Source: Clostridia bacterium
GTDB lineage: Bacteria > Bacillota > Clostridia > UBA1212 > UBA1255
Direction of reading: 5' to 3'
Length of the DNA: 64,000 nt
NCBI GenBank assembly: GCA_045546695.1
Contig: JAZQDE010000008.1
Coordinates: 27,782 to 91,781 of the forward strand
Below, one piece after another: positions 19,465-28,572 of the stretch. Both the position numbers and the translations under genes were made by a program. The notes under the pieces were generated by a model. It did no database searches. It had not been told where the DNA came from and saw nothing but the letters and a program-made list of their open reading frames with translations. Numbering within the stretch: position 1 is the stretch's first letter; each line of letters opens with the position of its first letter.

Positions 19465-22119
19465 ATGAAGCATTTTTTAAAGGAAACAGCAGATGTGTTA
19501 AAAGAATTTAACACTACGGAAAACGGATTGACTTCAGAAGAGGCTGCAAAAAGGGAAGAACAGTATGGTAAAAACAAGTTAAGAGAAGCTAAAAAGACTT
19601 CACTTATCAAAAGATTTTTCCAACAGCTTGCAGACCCGATGATCATTATCCTGATTGCTGCTGCAGCTATATCAGCAATTACTGCTACAATTGAAGGCGG
19701 CGAAGGTTATGCAGACGTAATTATTATTATGATCGTTGTTCTTATCAATGCAATCCTCGGCGTTGTACAGGAGAGCAAAGCAGAAGCTGCTATCGAAGCA
19801 CTTCAGCAGATGTCGGCAGCTACCAGCAAGGTTATGAGAAATGGTCATATTGCTATCGTTAAGAGCGAAGATCTTGTTCCGGGCGATATCGTATTATTAG
19901 AAGCCGGAGATGCTGTTCCTGCAGATGGTAGAATTATAGAATCAGCAAGCCTGAAGATAGAAGAAGCTGCTCTTACAGGTGAGAGTGTTCCTGTCAATAA
20001 ATTTGTTGATACTCTTGAAGAAGACGGCTCTGGCAAAGAAGTTCCGCTTGGTGACAGAAAGAATATGATTTATATGGGCAGCACCGTTGTTTATGGCCGC
20101 GGTAAAGCTGTTATCACTGAGATCGGTATGGATACAGAAATGGGTAAGATTGCTGATGCTCTTACTCAGGCTGAAGAAGGCAAGACTCCTTTGCAGATCA
20201 AGCTTGCTCAGTTGAGTAAAGTACTGACTTGGATTGTATTGGGTATCTGCTTATTTATTTTCGCATTCAATATTATTAAAGCCGGCGATTTCCATTTCAA
20301 GCCAATTCTTGAATCATTTATGGTGGCAGTAAGTCTTGCTGTTGCTGCTATTCCCGAAGGACTTGCGACAGTTGTTACAATCGTTCTTTCGATCGGTGTT
20401 ACGAAAATGTCAAAGCGTAATGCCATTATCCGTAAATTGACTGCTGTTGAGACACTTGGTTGTGCGCAGATTATCTGTAGCGATAAGACAGGTACTCTTA
20501 CACAGAACAAGATGACAGTAGTTGATCATTTTGGTGATGACGAATCGCTCCTTGCACGTGCTATGGCTCTTTGTAGTGATGCAGAGATTGAGCCTGAAAA
20601 GAATGAAGCGACAGGCGAGCCTACAGAATGTGCACTTGTAAACTATGCTAATTCTTTATCACTTCCAAAAGACAATCTTAAAGCTGAATATCCAAGAGTA
20701 GCAGAGCTTCCTTTTGACAGCATGAGAAAGATGATGTCCACATATCATTCATTCGACGGCAAAGTTATTCAGTATACAAAGGGTGCTCCTGACGAGATTC
20801 TCAAGAGATGTACATCATATATTGAAAATGGCGTTGTTCATGAAATGACAGAAGACTTCAGAAACAAGATTCTTGCGGCTAACAAAGCAATGGCTGACAA
20901 GGCATTGCGCGTTCTGAGCGCCTCAATGCGTGTTTATAACGCTGTTCCCGAAGAACCTACAACAGAAGCAAATGAATGTGATCTGACATTTATCGGCCTC
21001 ACAGGTATGATAGATCCTATCAGACCTGAAGTTAAAGATGCTATTACAGAATGTAAGGGCGCAGGTATCAGAGCTATTATGATTACAGGCGACCACAGAG
21101 ATACTGCTATTGCAATTGCAAAAGAGCTTGGTATCATCGAAGATGCTTCACAGGCTATCACAGGTGCTGAACTTAATGAGATCAGCGACGAAGAGCTTGA
21201 CAGACGTATTGCTGAGTTCGGCGTGTATGCAAGAGTACAGCCTGAACATAAGACACGTATTGTAAATGCATGGCGTAAAAATGGTTATATCACTGCCATG
21301 ACAGGTGATGGTGTAAACGACGCTCCAAGTATTAAAAATGCCGACATCGGTATCGGAATGGGTATTACAGGTACAGACGTTACAAAGAACGTTGCAGACA
21401 TGGTACTTGCTGATGACAACTTTGCTACAATCGTTGGCGCTGTAGATGAAGGACGTAGAATATACGACAACATCAGAAAAGCAATCCAGTTCCTGCTTGG
21501 CTCAAATATGAGTGAAGTTCTGAGTGTATTCTTTGCAAGCGTGTTTGGTTTTGTTATCTTAAAACCTGTACACCTTCTTTGGATTAACCTTATCACTGAC
21601 TGTTTCCCGGCACTTGCTTTAGGTGTTGAAAAGGGTGAGCCTGATCTCATGCAGAGAAAACCAAGAAATCCTAAAGATGGTATTTTCGCAGGTGGTCTCG
21701 GCGTTGACGTAGTATACCAGGGTCTTTTAGTATCAGTTCTTACCATACTTGCGTTTATGATCGGACATTTCTTTGAAAATGGCGCATTTACTTTAATGAA
21801 CATTTCTGAAAGCACACACGGTATGACAATGGCATTCCTTACAATGAGTATGGCAGAAGTATTCCACAGCTTTAACATGAGAAGCCAGCGTGGCAGTATC
21901 TTTAAGCTCAAGTCACAAAATAAGATTCTCTGGGCTGCCGGTATCCTCAGCTTACTTCTTACAACAGCCGTTATCGAGATTCCGTTCCTTGCAAACGCTT
22001 TCGGTTTTGCCGTTATCGGTTGGGAAGAGTATGCAATCGCTTTAGGTCTTGCAATTGCTGTAATTCCGATTGTTGAGATTGTTAAATTCTTCCAGAGACT
22101 TGTTAAAAAGAACAAATAA
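19465..22119 (+). CDS. P-type cation-transporting ATPase, type IIA (Ca2+/Mn2+).
   Basis: Phosphorylation motif CSDKTGTLTQN, hinge MTGDGVNDAPSIKNADIGIGMG, and 10 predicted TM helices. Length is 884 aa. Confidence 0.9.
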   Translation: MKHFLKETADVLKEFNTTENGLTSEEAAKREEQYGKNKLREAKKTSLIKRFFQQLADPMIIILIAAAAISAITATIEGGEGYADVIIIMIVVLINAILGVVQESKAEAAIEALQQMSAATSKVMRNGHIAIVKSEDLVPGDIVLLEAGDAVPADGRIIESASLKIEEAALTGESVPVNKFVDTLEEDGSGKEVPLGDRKNMIYMGSTVVYGRGKAVITEIGMDTEMGKIADALTQAEEGKTPLQIKLAQLSKVLTWIVLGICLFIFAFNIIKAGDFHFKPILESFMVAVSLAVAAIPEGLATVVTIVLSIGVTKMSKRNAIIRKLTAVETLGCAQIICSDKTGTLTQNKMTVVDHFGDDESLLARAMALCSDAEIEPEKNEATGEPTECALVNYANSLSLPKDNLKAEYPRVAELPFDSMRKMMSTYHSFDGKVIQYTKGAPDEILKRCTSYIENGVVHEMTEDFRNKILAANKAMADKALRVLSASMRVYNAVPEEPTTEANECDLTFIGLTGMIDPIRPEVKDAITECKGAGIRAIMITGDHRDTAIAIAKELGIIEDASQAITGAELNEISDEELDRRIAEFGVYARVQPEHKTRIVNAWRKNGYITAMTGDGVNDAPSIKNADIGIGMGITGTDVTKNVADMVLADDNFATIVGAVDEGRRIYDNIRKAIQFLLGSNMSEVLSVFFASVFGFVILKPVHLLWINLITDCFPALALGVEKGEPDLMQRKPRNPKDGIFAGGLGVDVVYQGLLVSVLTILAFMIGHFFENGAFTLMNISESTHGMTMAFLTMSMAEVFHSFNMRSQRGSIFKLKSQNKILWAAGILSLLLTTAVIEIPFLANAFGFAVIGWEEYAIALGLAIAVIPIVEIVKFFQRLVKKNK

Positions 22120-22145
22120 TTTAATGGTCTATTAAATAAATAAAT

Positions 22146-22177
22146 CAGTCCTGATCATACAGGGCTGATTTTTTTAT
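22146..22177. terminator. Bidirectional intrinsic terminator between the convergent ATPase and PHP genes.
   Basis: Hairpin cagtcctg-atcata-cagggctg followed by TTTTTTT, with an A-rich tract on the other side. Confidence 0.6.
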
Positions 22178-22193
22178 ATAGCAAGACAAATAA

Positions 22194-22985
22194 TTATATC
22201 TTATATCCAACAGGCTTTCTCTTTTTATAATAATAAAGCTCTGAAAAACCACATTTCTTGATTGCCTGAACGTGTTCAGTAAAAAGCTGACCGATTCGGT
22301 CTGTAGAATGTGCATCAGATCCGATTGTAAGGAGTTTTCCGCCTAATTCCTTATATCGTTTCAAAATATTAAAATCAAACGGAACTTTTCTATATGTACC
22401 CGTATTGATTTCAAGTGCAATATCTTTCTTTATAATAAACTTCAATATTTCATCAAAATACTCGGAAAACTCATTATAATAGAATTTAGGGTCCTCGAAA
22501 GGGGAGTAGCGTATCAGATAATCAATATGTCCGATACAATCGTAATCAGAATACAAGTTAATGTTTTTAATAATTTCCTCAAGATACTCTGAATAACTAT
22601 CTTGTTTAACAGAATCCGGTGAAAAGTAATTGTAATAATAAGGATCTTTTCTGTTAATCAAATGAGTCGATCCAATCTTATAATCAAAATCAAAACCGGA
22701 AGTTCTCTTAATAGTTTCATCAACAACATGAGGCTGCAGGCCGACTTCAACAGCTTTTATAATATCAAGCTTGTCTCCAAATTTTTCAATAATATTATCA
22801 ATCGTAGTAAAATACTCATTGAAGTCATAAAAGAAATCATCAGGATAATTAACGTAGTCGACGTCAAGATGATCTGTAAAAGCAATACCTGTTAAATTTT
22901 TATCAATTGCAACTAAGCAAGCCCGGTCCATAGACATCTGGCTGTCTGTAGAAAAATCAGAATGAGTGTGCATATCGTAAAACAT
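22194..22985 (-). CDS. PHP-domain metal-dependent phosphoesterase (histidinol-phosphatase HisJ-like family).
   Basis: N-terminus MFYDMHTHSDFS...IAFTDHLD carries the H-x-H and DH motifs of PHP/HisJ phosphatases. Confidence 0.7.
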   Translation of the reverse strand: MFYDMHTHSDFSTDSQMSMDRACLVAIDKNLTGIAFTDHLDVDYVNYPDDFFYDFNEYFTTIDNIIEKFGDKLDIIKAVEVGLQPHVVDETIKRTSGFDFDYKIGSTHLINRKDPYYYNYFSPDSVKQDSYSEYLEEIIKNINLYSDYDCIGHIDYLIRYSPFEDPKFYYNEFSEYFDEILKFIIKKDIALEINTGTYRKVPFDFNILKRYKELGGKLLTIGSDAHSTDRIGQLFTEHVQAIKKCGFSELYYYKKRKPVGYKI

Positions 22986-23177
22986 AAAAAAACCTCTGTA
23001 GGAAATTACCGATAAATATTACAATAATTTGACAGGGGATTCAAGTATATGTTATATTAAACCTGTTATGCAATTGCGCAAAATAATAATTTTGTATAAT
23101 TAGAGTACAGGTTTAAGCATGCTTTTGGAGGTATTATATCAAATATGTCCTTTTTTGCGCCATTACATTATAATCTA

Positions 23178-23501
23178 TTATAATAATAGATATACCAGTG
23201 CCAACATAATTAAATCAATATCTTTAGATTCTTTCTTATCAGAATTATTAGAATCTTTTGTATTTCTTTCAATCATAAATATAATTATTAATCCAATCAG
23301 AATTATGTCATCAAGCTCAATATTTATATTGAAATTTCTATTTAATACATTTTTTAATTTCTGCAGTACATTATTCGTGTTATCTTCTTTTTTTCGTGAA
23401 AAACTTTCTTTTTTATTTTTCTCCAATGAACGTACACTCATTGGAGAAATTTCTGTTGGATATGAAAAATTGTATTTTTTTACAATTCGGCGTCTTTTCA
23501 T
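23178..23501 (-). CDS. Hypothetical small protein with a basic N-terminus and a C-terminal TM helix. Third gene of a three-gene cassette.
   Basis: Start ATG overlaps the stop of the upstream ORF (ATGA). Lys/Asn-rich with hydrophobic IILIGLIIIFMI. The overlapping + strand ORF 23119..23505 is F/L/I-rich, the typical antisense of an AT-rich gene. Confidence 0.45.
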   Translation of the reverse strand: MKRRRIVKKYNFSYPTEISPMSVRSLEKNKKESFSRKKEDNTNNVLQKLKNVLNRNFNINIELDDIILIGLIIIFMIERNTKDSNNSDKKESKDIDLIMLALVYLLL

Positions 23502-23872
23502 TTAATTTCTACCATCTTAGCCAGAGTCAGCATCGTTACACAGTTTTTTATTTTGCTTTTTCTTTTGTCATTTAAAAACGGGCTTAGCGCATATAACAAT
23601 TTAATCTTATCGTCATTTTTAGCGAGCATTGTTGATTGTCTGTATTTATTCAGTAATTCAATTATTTTACTGATATCAATATCACCGGGCAGATCATTCT
23701 GATCATTACTTGTGTTTACGTTTTGTTCACAATTTATTTTGTCTAATTGTGAATTGTTATTACCAAGATTATTCAGAACGGAATTAACTATTTCATCCAT
23801 ATTATCCGGCAGCTCATTTAGTCCGAACAATGAGCCTATTTCCTTAATTTTATTATTAAGCTCAGCGTCCAT
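23498..23872 (-). CDS. Hypothetical small soluble protein (124 aa). Second gene of the cassette.
   Basis: Reading frame is open in a 30%-GC region where stops are frequent. 14-nt gap to the upstream ORF. No motif recognised. Confidence 0.5.
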   Translation of the reverse strand: MDAELNNKIKEIGSLFGLNELPDNMDEIVNSVLNNLGNNNSQLDKINCEQNVNTSNDQNDLPGDIDISKIIELLNKYRQSTMLAKNDDKIKLLYALSPFLNDKRKSKIKNCVTMLTLAKMVEIK

Positions 23873-23886
23873 ATAAATTCCTCCAA

Positions 23887-24192
23887 TTATTTTTTATTAT
23901 AAAGTATTTCATTAATTTTGCTCATAATCTGAGTCTGATTATTACCGGCAAGAACTTTAATTTTTTCAATATCCTGCGGAGATAAATTTTTACGAATACT
24001 TTCTAAATCGATATTCATTTCACGTATTTTTTCAGTATCAAGATCGTTTATTTTTTTCAAAAGTTCTTCACGGTTTACTTTAGATAGTTTTTGTGCAAGC
24101 TCCTGAGTTGATTTATTTTTTAATTCATTTAAACCGTACTCAATCTTATTAGCCATAATTTTGTTATCGATACTCTTTTTTATGTTTGACAT
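23887..24192 (-). CDS. Hypothetical coiled-coil small protein (101 aa). First gene of the cassette.
   Basis: Heptad-like K/E/L-rich sequence. An AT-rich promoter region lies upstream at 24193-24310. Confidence 0.5.
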   Translation of the reverse strand: MSNIKKSIDNKIMANKIEYGLNELKNKSTQELAQKLSKVNREELLKKINDLDTEKIREMNIDLESIRKNLSPQDIEKIKVLAGNNQTQIMSKINEILYNKK

Positions 24193-24310
24193 TATATGCC
24201 TCTGAAAATATGTCGTTTATGTTTTATTGTATGCTACTCTCCCCTTTCGTAGTTCATAATAAATTATAAAAACGGGAATATCTTCCAATTAAATATCCAA
24301 TAATAAGCTT

Positions 24311-24844
24311 ATGAAAAATTTTATTTATTTTGTAATATACAGTTTTATAGGGTTTATTATTGAAACATTATACCGGCTCGTTACAAAAGGTGTTTTTATG
24401 ATTAAAAAGTGCTTTTTGTTTAATTGTTTATGTCCGGTGTATGGTGTTGCTGCATTATTGATAATATATACAACACAAAATATTAAAAATAAGCCTTTGA
24501 CATTCTTGATCGGAAGCCTTGTATCAAGCGCAACAGAGCTGATTTTCGGTATGATTTATTTTAATTTACTGAATGTCAGAATCTGGAATTATTCTGATAT
24601 GTATTTAAACTTGTATGGCCATGTAAATCTGATTTATTCACTATTTTGGGGTATTTTATCATTAATTTTAGTATATAAAGTCCATCCGGTTGTAAAAAAT
24701 ATCGTCTCAGAAATTAAAATTCCAAAGTCAGTATTTGCTTGTATTATAATAATCTTTATAATTGACGTACTTTTCAGTAGTTTTTTCATGAAAAAATATA
24801 AAACAGCCAATGCTTTATCGCTCAGTTGGCTTATTAATCATTGA
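24311..24844 (+). CDS. Small polytopic membrane protein (DUF1113 / putative ABC-transporter type IV CmpB-like family).
   Basis: N-terminus FIYFVIYSFIGFIIETLY and 4-5 TM helices resemble PF06541-type proteins. This is a tentative call. Confidence 0.5.
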   Translation: MKNFIYFVIYSFIGFIIETLYRLVTKGVFMIKKCFLFNCLCPVYGVAALLIIYTTQNIKNKPLTFLIGSLVSSATELIFGMIYFNLLNVRIWNYSDMYLNLYGHVNLIYSLFWGILSLILVYKVHPVVKNIVSEIKIPKSVFACIIIIFIIDVLFSSFFMKKYKTANALSLSWLINH

Positions 24845-24910
24845 CTAATCTTAATTTAGGTTGTAAAATGTACAGGTATAAATTTTGTACTTAAATTTTG
24901 GAGGTTATTT

Positions 24911-25468
24911 ATGATATCAGCAGGCGATTTTAGAAACGGCATGACATTTGAGATGGATGGCGGAGTTTTTCAGGTTGTTGAATTCCAGCATGTAAAGCCC
25001 GGTAAAGGCGCAGCTTTCGTTCGTACAAAGATCAGAAACGTTATTACAGGTTCAACAGTTGAACGTACATTCAACCCTACAGATAAGATGCCACCCGCTC
25101 ATGTAGATCGCAGAGACATGCAGTACTTATATAATGATGATGGTCTTTACTACTTTATGGACGTTGAATCATATGAGCAGATTCCTGTTAGCCAGGATAC
25201 TGTTGGTTCAGCTCTTAAGTTTGTTAAAGAAAACGACATTTGCAAGATTCTTTCTTTCAAAGGCAACGTATTTGGTATTGAGCCACCTATTTTTGTTGAA
25301 CTCGAAGTTACAGATACAGAACCCGGCTTCAAGGGTGATACAGCTACAGGCGCTACAAAGCCCGCTACTGTAGAGACAGGCGCTATGGTTAAGGTTCCCC
25401 TCTTCATTAACATCGGTGATAAGATCAGAATCGATACAAGAACTGAAGAATACATGGAAAGAGCATAA
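24911..25468 (+). CDS. efp: Elongation factor P.
   Basis: [44 protein letters not shown]... is canonical EF-P. Confidence 0.95.
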   Translation: MISAGDFRNGMTFEMDGGVFQVVEFQHVKPGKGAAFVRTKIRNVITGSTVERTFNPTDKMPPAHVDRRDMQYLYNDDGLYYFMDVESYEQIPVSQDTVGSALKFVKENDICKILSFKGNVFGIEPPIFVELEVTDTEPGFKGDTATGATKPATVETGAMVKVPLFINIGDKIRIDTRTEEYMERA

Positions 25469-25489
25469 TTTATTTTTGGAGGTAATATT

Positions 25490-25954
25490 ATGGGTTATTT
25501 ATCAGAAAGAGTTAGTTATTTAAGAGGCCTCGTTGATGGTCTTGGTATTGACAAGACTACAAAAGATGGCAAGATTTTAGATATTATCGTTGATTTACTC
25601 GACGATATGGCTATTTCAATTGAAGATGTTGAAGCATCAAACAACGATCTTCTCGAAGCAGCTGATGAGACAGATGAGAGACTTTGCGACATCGAAGATT
25701 ATCTTTATGATGAAGAAGACGAAGATGACGACGAGTGCGATTGCTGTGACTGCTGTGATTGCGAAGATTGCGAAGATTGCTATGCAGAAGTTGAATGCCC
25801 CGGCTGTGGCCAGGTAATTGAGCTTGAAGAAGTTCTTGCAGAAGGCGCTGATTCTATTATCTGCCCTAACTGCAAAGAAAAGATCGAAATCGAATGGGAA
25901 GACGACGAAGATGAATGTGATTGCGGTTGCTGCTGCCACTGTGAAGAAGAATAA
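25490..25954 (+). CDS. Highly acidic, cysteine-cluster-rich zinc-ribbon protein of unknown function, coupled to efp.
   Basis: Strong RBS GGAGGT 8 nt upstream, 21 nt after the efp stop. The helical N-terminal domain is followed by ECDCCDCCDCEDCEDC, a CPGCG...CPNC zinc ribbon, and CDCGCCCHCEEE. Confidence 0.7.
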   Translation: MGYLSERVSYLRGLVDGLGIDKTTKDGKILDIIVDLLDDMAISIEDVEASNNDLLEAADETDERLCDIEDYLYDEEDEDDDECDCCDCCDCEDCEDCYAEVECPGCGQVIELEEVLAEGADSIICPNCKEKIEIEWEDDEDECDCGCCCHCEEE

Positions 25955-25975
25955 TCACCAAATTTATTGATTTTA

Positions 25976-26009
25976 ACGGTGTGACAATATAAGTTGCACC
26001 GTTTTTTTA
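25976..26009 (+). terminator. Intrinsic terminator after the efp/Cys-rich gene pair.
   Basis: acggtg...caccgt stem followed by TTTTTTT. Confidence 0.55.
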
Positions 26010-26032
26010 TAAGTAATTGAGGAGTAAGAAAC

Positions 26033-27346
26033 ATGTTAATGGAAAAATTTTCACAAATGAATGGTAAAAAATGTGCCTGTGGCAAAATTCACATGCATAC
26101 AATTAAGGATATTATTACGGGCTGCGGAGTAATCAACACACTCCCCTCTTTATTAAAATCTAATAAAAAAGCATTTGTTTTATGTGATCTGAATACGTAT
26201 GAAGCTGCCGGTAAGAAGGTTTGCAATATTCTTGAAGATGCAGATCTTCTTTATACATGTTATGTTCTTCCTGAAAATAACCCGGAGCCGTATGAAAAAA
26301 GCGTCGGTTCTGTCATTATGCATTACGATACATCATGTGATGTAATTATAAGCGTTGGCTCAGGCGTAATGAATGATATAGGCAAAATACTTGCAAACGT
26401 CAGCAATAATCCATATATAATTGTTGCAACAGCGCCTTCAATGGATGGATACGCATCTGCCACTTCATCGATGACACGTGATGGTCTTAAAGTGTCACTG
26501 CCCAGTAAAAATGCAGATTATATCATCGGCGATTCTGATATTTTATGTAATGCGCCGACAAAAATGCTTGCGTCCGGCCTCGGTGATATGATTGCAAAAT
26601 ATGTCAGCATCTGTGAATGGCGTATATCAAATATAATCACAGGTGAATATTATTGCGATGAAATAGCAGCTCTCGTGCGTGCTTCGTTAAAAAAGTGTAC
26701 AGATAATGCCGATGGTCTCATGAAACGCTCTCCTGAGGCCGTATTAGCCGTTTTCGAAGGATTGGTAATATGTGGAGCCGCAATGACGTATGCCGGCTTA
26801 TCACGCCCTGCATCAGGCTGTGAACACTATCTGTCTCATATATGGGATATGCGCGGCGTTGAGTTCAATACAAACGTTGATTTTCACGGTGTACAGTGCG
26901 CCCTTGGCACGTTAATTATAAGCCGTCTTTACGAACAGATTCTGAATACAAGTCCTGATAAAAACAAGGCTCTGCTATACGCTGAAAATTTTGATGTTGA
27001 TAATTGGTACGAGGAATTAAAGACATTTCTTGGAAAAGGTGCCGAAAGCATGATTCAGCTTGATAAAAAAGAGCAAAAATATAATACCAAAGCGCATAAA
27101 GAGCGCCTTGATATTATAATTGAAAACTGGAATAAAATTATGTCTGTTATCAGGGAAGAAATCCCCTCTTCAGACTTTATCTATAATTTACTCGTGACAC
27201 TTAATCTGCCTGTAACTGTTGAAGGTATCGGTCTGCCCGGCGACATATTGCCGATGACTTTTAAAACTTCAAAAGATATCAGAGATAAATACGTGTTGTC
27301 ACGTCTTGCATGGGATATTGGAATAATTGATGAATTAACATTCTGA
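26033..27346 (+). CDS. Iron-containing alcohol dehydrogenase-fold enzyme (sn-glycerol-1-phosphate dehydrogenase / AraM-EgsA-like).
   Basis: VIISVGSGVMNDIGKILANVS and APSMDGYAS are typical of the dehydroquinate-synthase-like G1PDH family. Confidence 0.6.
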   Translation: MLMEKFSQMNGKKCACGKIHMHTIKDIITGCGVINTLPSLLKSNKKAFVLCDLNTYEAAGKKVCNILEDADLLYTCYVLPENNPEPYEKSVGSVIMHYDTSCDVIISVGSGVMNDIGKILANVSNNPYIIVATAPSMDGYASATSSMTRDGLKVSLPSKNADYIIGDSDILCNAPTKMLASGLGDMIAKYVSICEWRISNIITGEYYCDEIAALVRASLKKCTDNADGLMKRSPEAVLAVFEGLVICGAAMTYAGLSRPASGCEHYLSHIWDMRGVEFNTNVDFHGVQCALGTLIISRLYEQILNTSPDKNKALLYAENFDVDNWYEELKTFLGKGAESMIQLDKKEQKYNTKAHKERLDIIIENWNKIMSVIREEIPSSDFIYNLLVTLNLPVTVEGIGLPGDILPMTFKTSKDIRDKYVLSRLAWDIGIIDELTF

Positions 27347-28162
27347 TTATTCCCATCTGTTCCACAGCCAGCAAGAAGCCATGTCTGTCCACTTGGCAAA
27401 ATCTTTATCAACCCATGTAGTTCTTCTGTCACCTACTGATAGACCATGTGTACCATTCTGGAAAATGTGAAGTTCAAAATCAATATTGTTCTCGCATAAT
27501 GCATTTGTGAAAACAAGTGCATTTTTTACAGGTACGGCCTGATCTTTTCTTGTGTGTACAATAAATGTAGGAGGCGTGTGTGGGCCAACATTCTTTTCAC
27601 AAGAGAAATAATTATACTGTTCTTCAGTAAATTCTTCTTTAGAAATGCCGGCATTGTTCACGATTGAACCACCATGCGTGAATGAAAAGTCTGCAGAAAT
27701 AACTGGATAACCGAGAATAAGAGCGTTAGGTTTATTTTCACCATTAGGACAAGCTGCAAGCTCCATAATCTGTGGGTCGTTCCAATGAACACCAAGCATT
27801 GCAACGAGATGTCCGCCTGCCGAAAAGCCGCATACGGCAATCTTATCAGGATCAATAAAGTATTTTTCATGATTTTCACGGATAATTCTAAGAGCCTTTG
27901 AAACGTCAACGAGTGGAGCAGGATGTACAGCATCAGCACCAACTGAATATCTTACGATTGCTACATTAAAGCCAGAATTAAGAAAATGAAAAGCAACAGG
28001 TTCTGCCTCTCTGTCAGATGTCATGGCATATCCGCCACCCGGACATACAACAACCATAGGACGAAGATTTGAAAGAGGAATCTCCGGGCTCTTTGTCTGT
28101 GCAAATACAGTTAACTTTACGTAGTCGCGGTCTTCTCTGAGATTAAATGTCTCAACTAACAT
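27347..28162 (-). CDS. Alpha/beta-hydrolase fold esterase (acetyl-esterase/lipase type).
   Basis: VVCPGGGY oxyanion region, nucleophile elbow GFSAGGHL (G-x-S-x-G), and a C-terminal His. Confidence 0.75.
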   Translation of the reverse strand: MLVETFNLREDRDYVKLTVFAQTKSPEIPLSNLRPMVVVCPGGGYAMTSDREAEPVAFHFLNSGFNVAIVRYSVGADAVHPAPLVDVSKALRIIRENHEKYFIDPDKIAVCGFSAGGHLVAMLGVHWNDPQIMELAACPNGENKPNALILGYPVISADFSFTHGGSIVNNAGISKEEFTEEQYNYFSCEKNVGPHTPPTFIVHTRKDQAVPVKNALVFTNALCENNIDFELHIFQNGTHGLSVGDRRTTWVDKDFAKWTDMASCWLWNRWE

Positions 28163-28185
28163 ATTAAAAACCTCCTTAATTACAC

Positions 28186-28221
28186 AAAAGAGCGTGTAGT
28201 AATAAACTCACACGCTCTTAA
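28186..28221 (-). terminator. Probable terminator of rpsT.
   Basis: Hairpin aagagcgtgt...acacgctctt. The minus-strand sense has a U-rich tail. Confidence 0.4.
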
Positions 28222-28239
28222 AAGTGCTGATATACTAAA

Positions 28240-28506
28240 TTATTGATTAGCAGCAGCCTTACTTGCCTTAGCCAATCTTGACTTCTTCCTTGCTGCCTGA
28301 TTCTTGTGAATGAGACCTTTTTGAGCTGCTTTGTCAAGGTTAACAGATGCAGTCTTAACTGTCTTATCCATATTAGCGTCATTAGTAGCAATAGAAACCT
28401 TTGCTTTTTTAATTGAAGTACGAAGAGCAGACATTGCTGATGCGTTATTTGCAGCCTTCTTTTCTGCAACTAAAACTCTCTTTTTAGCTGATTTGATATT
28501 TGGCAA
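28240..28506 (-). CDS. rpsT: 30S ribosomal protein S20.
   Basis: MPNIKSAKKRVLVAEKKAANNAS... is canonical S20. Confidence 0.9.
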   Translation of the reverse strand: MPNIKSAKKRVLVAEKKAANNASAMSALRTSIKKAKVSIATNDANMDKTVKTASVNLDKAAQKGLIHKNQAARKKSRLAKASKAAANQ

Positions 28507-28572
28507 TGTAATTCACCTCCTGCTAATTCTAAATGCCATTTATTTTTGGCACGCTGACGATTATAACACACA

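Noticed and set aside
21285-22115. 276-aa minus-strand ORF inside the P-type ATPase gene.
   Set aside because: It is entirely antisense to a gene with unmistakable P-type ATPase motifs and its composition is low-complexity R/S/A/I-rich. This is a typical shadow ORF.
23119-23505. 128-aa + strand ORF overlapping the third small protein of the cassette.
   Set aside because: It is an F/L/I-rich translation typical of the antisense of a K/N/E-rich AT-rich gene. The minus-strand ORF is translationally coupled (ATGA) to its upstream partner, so the minus strand is preferred. Strand is not proven.
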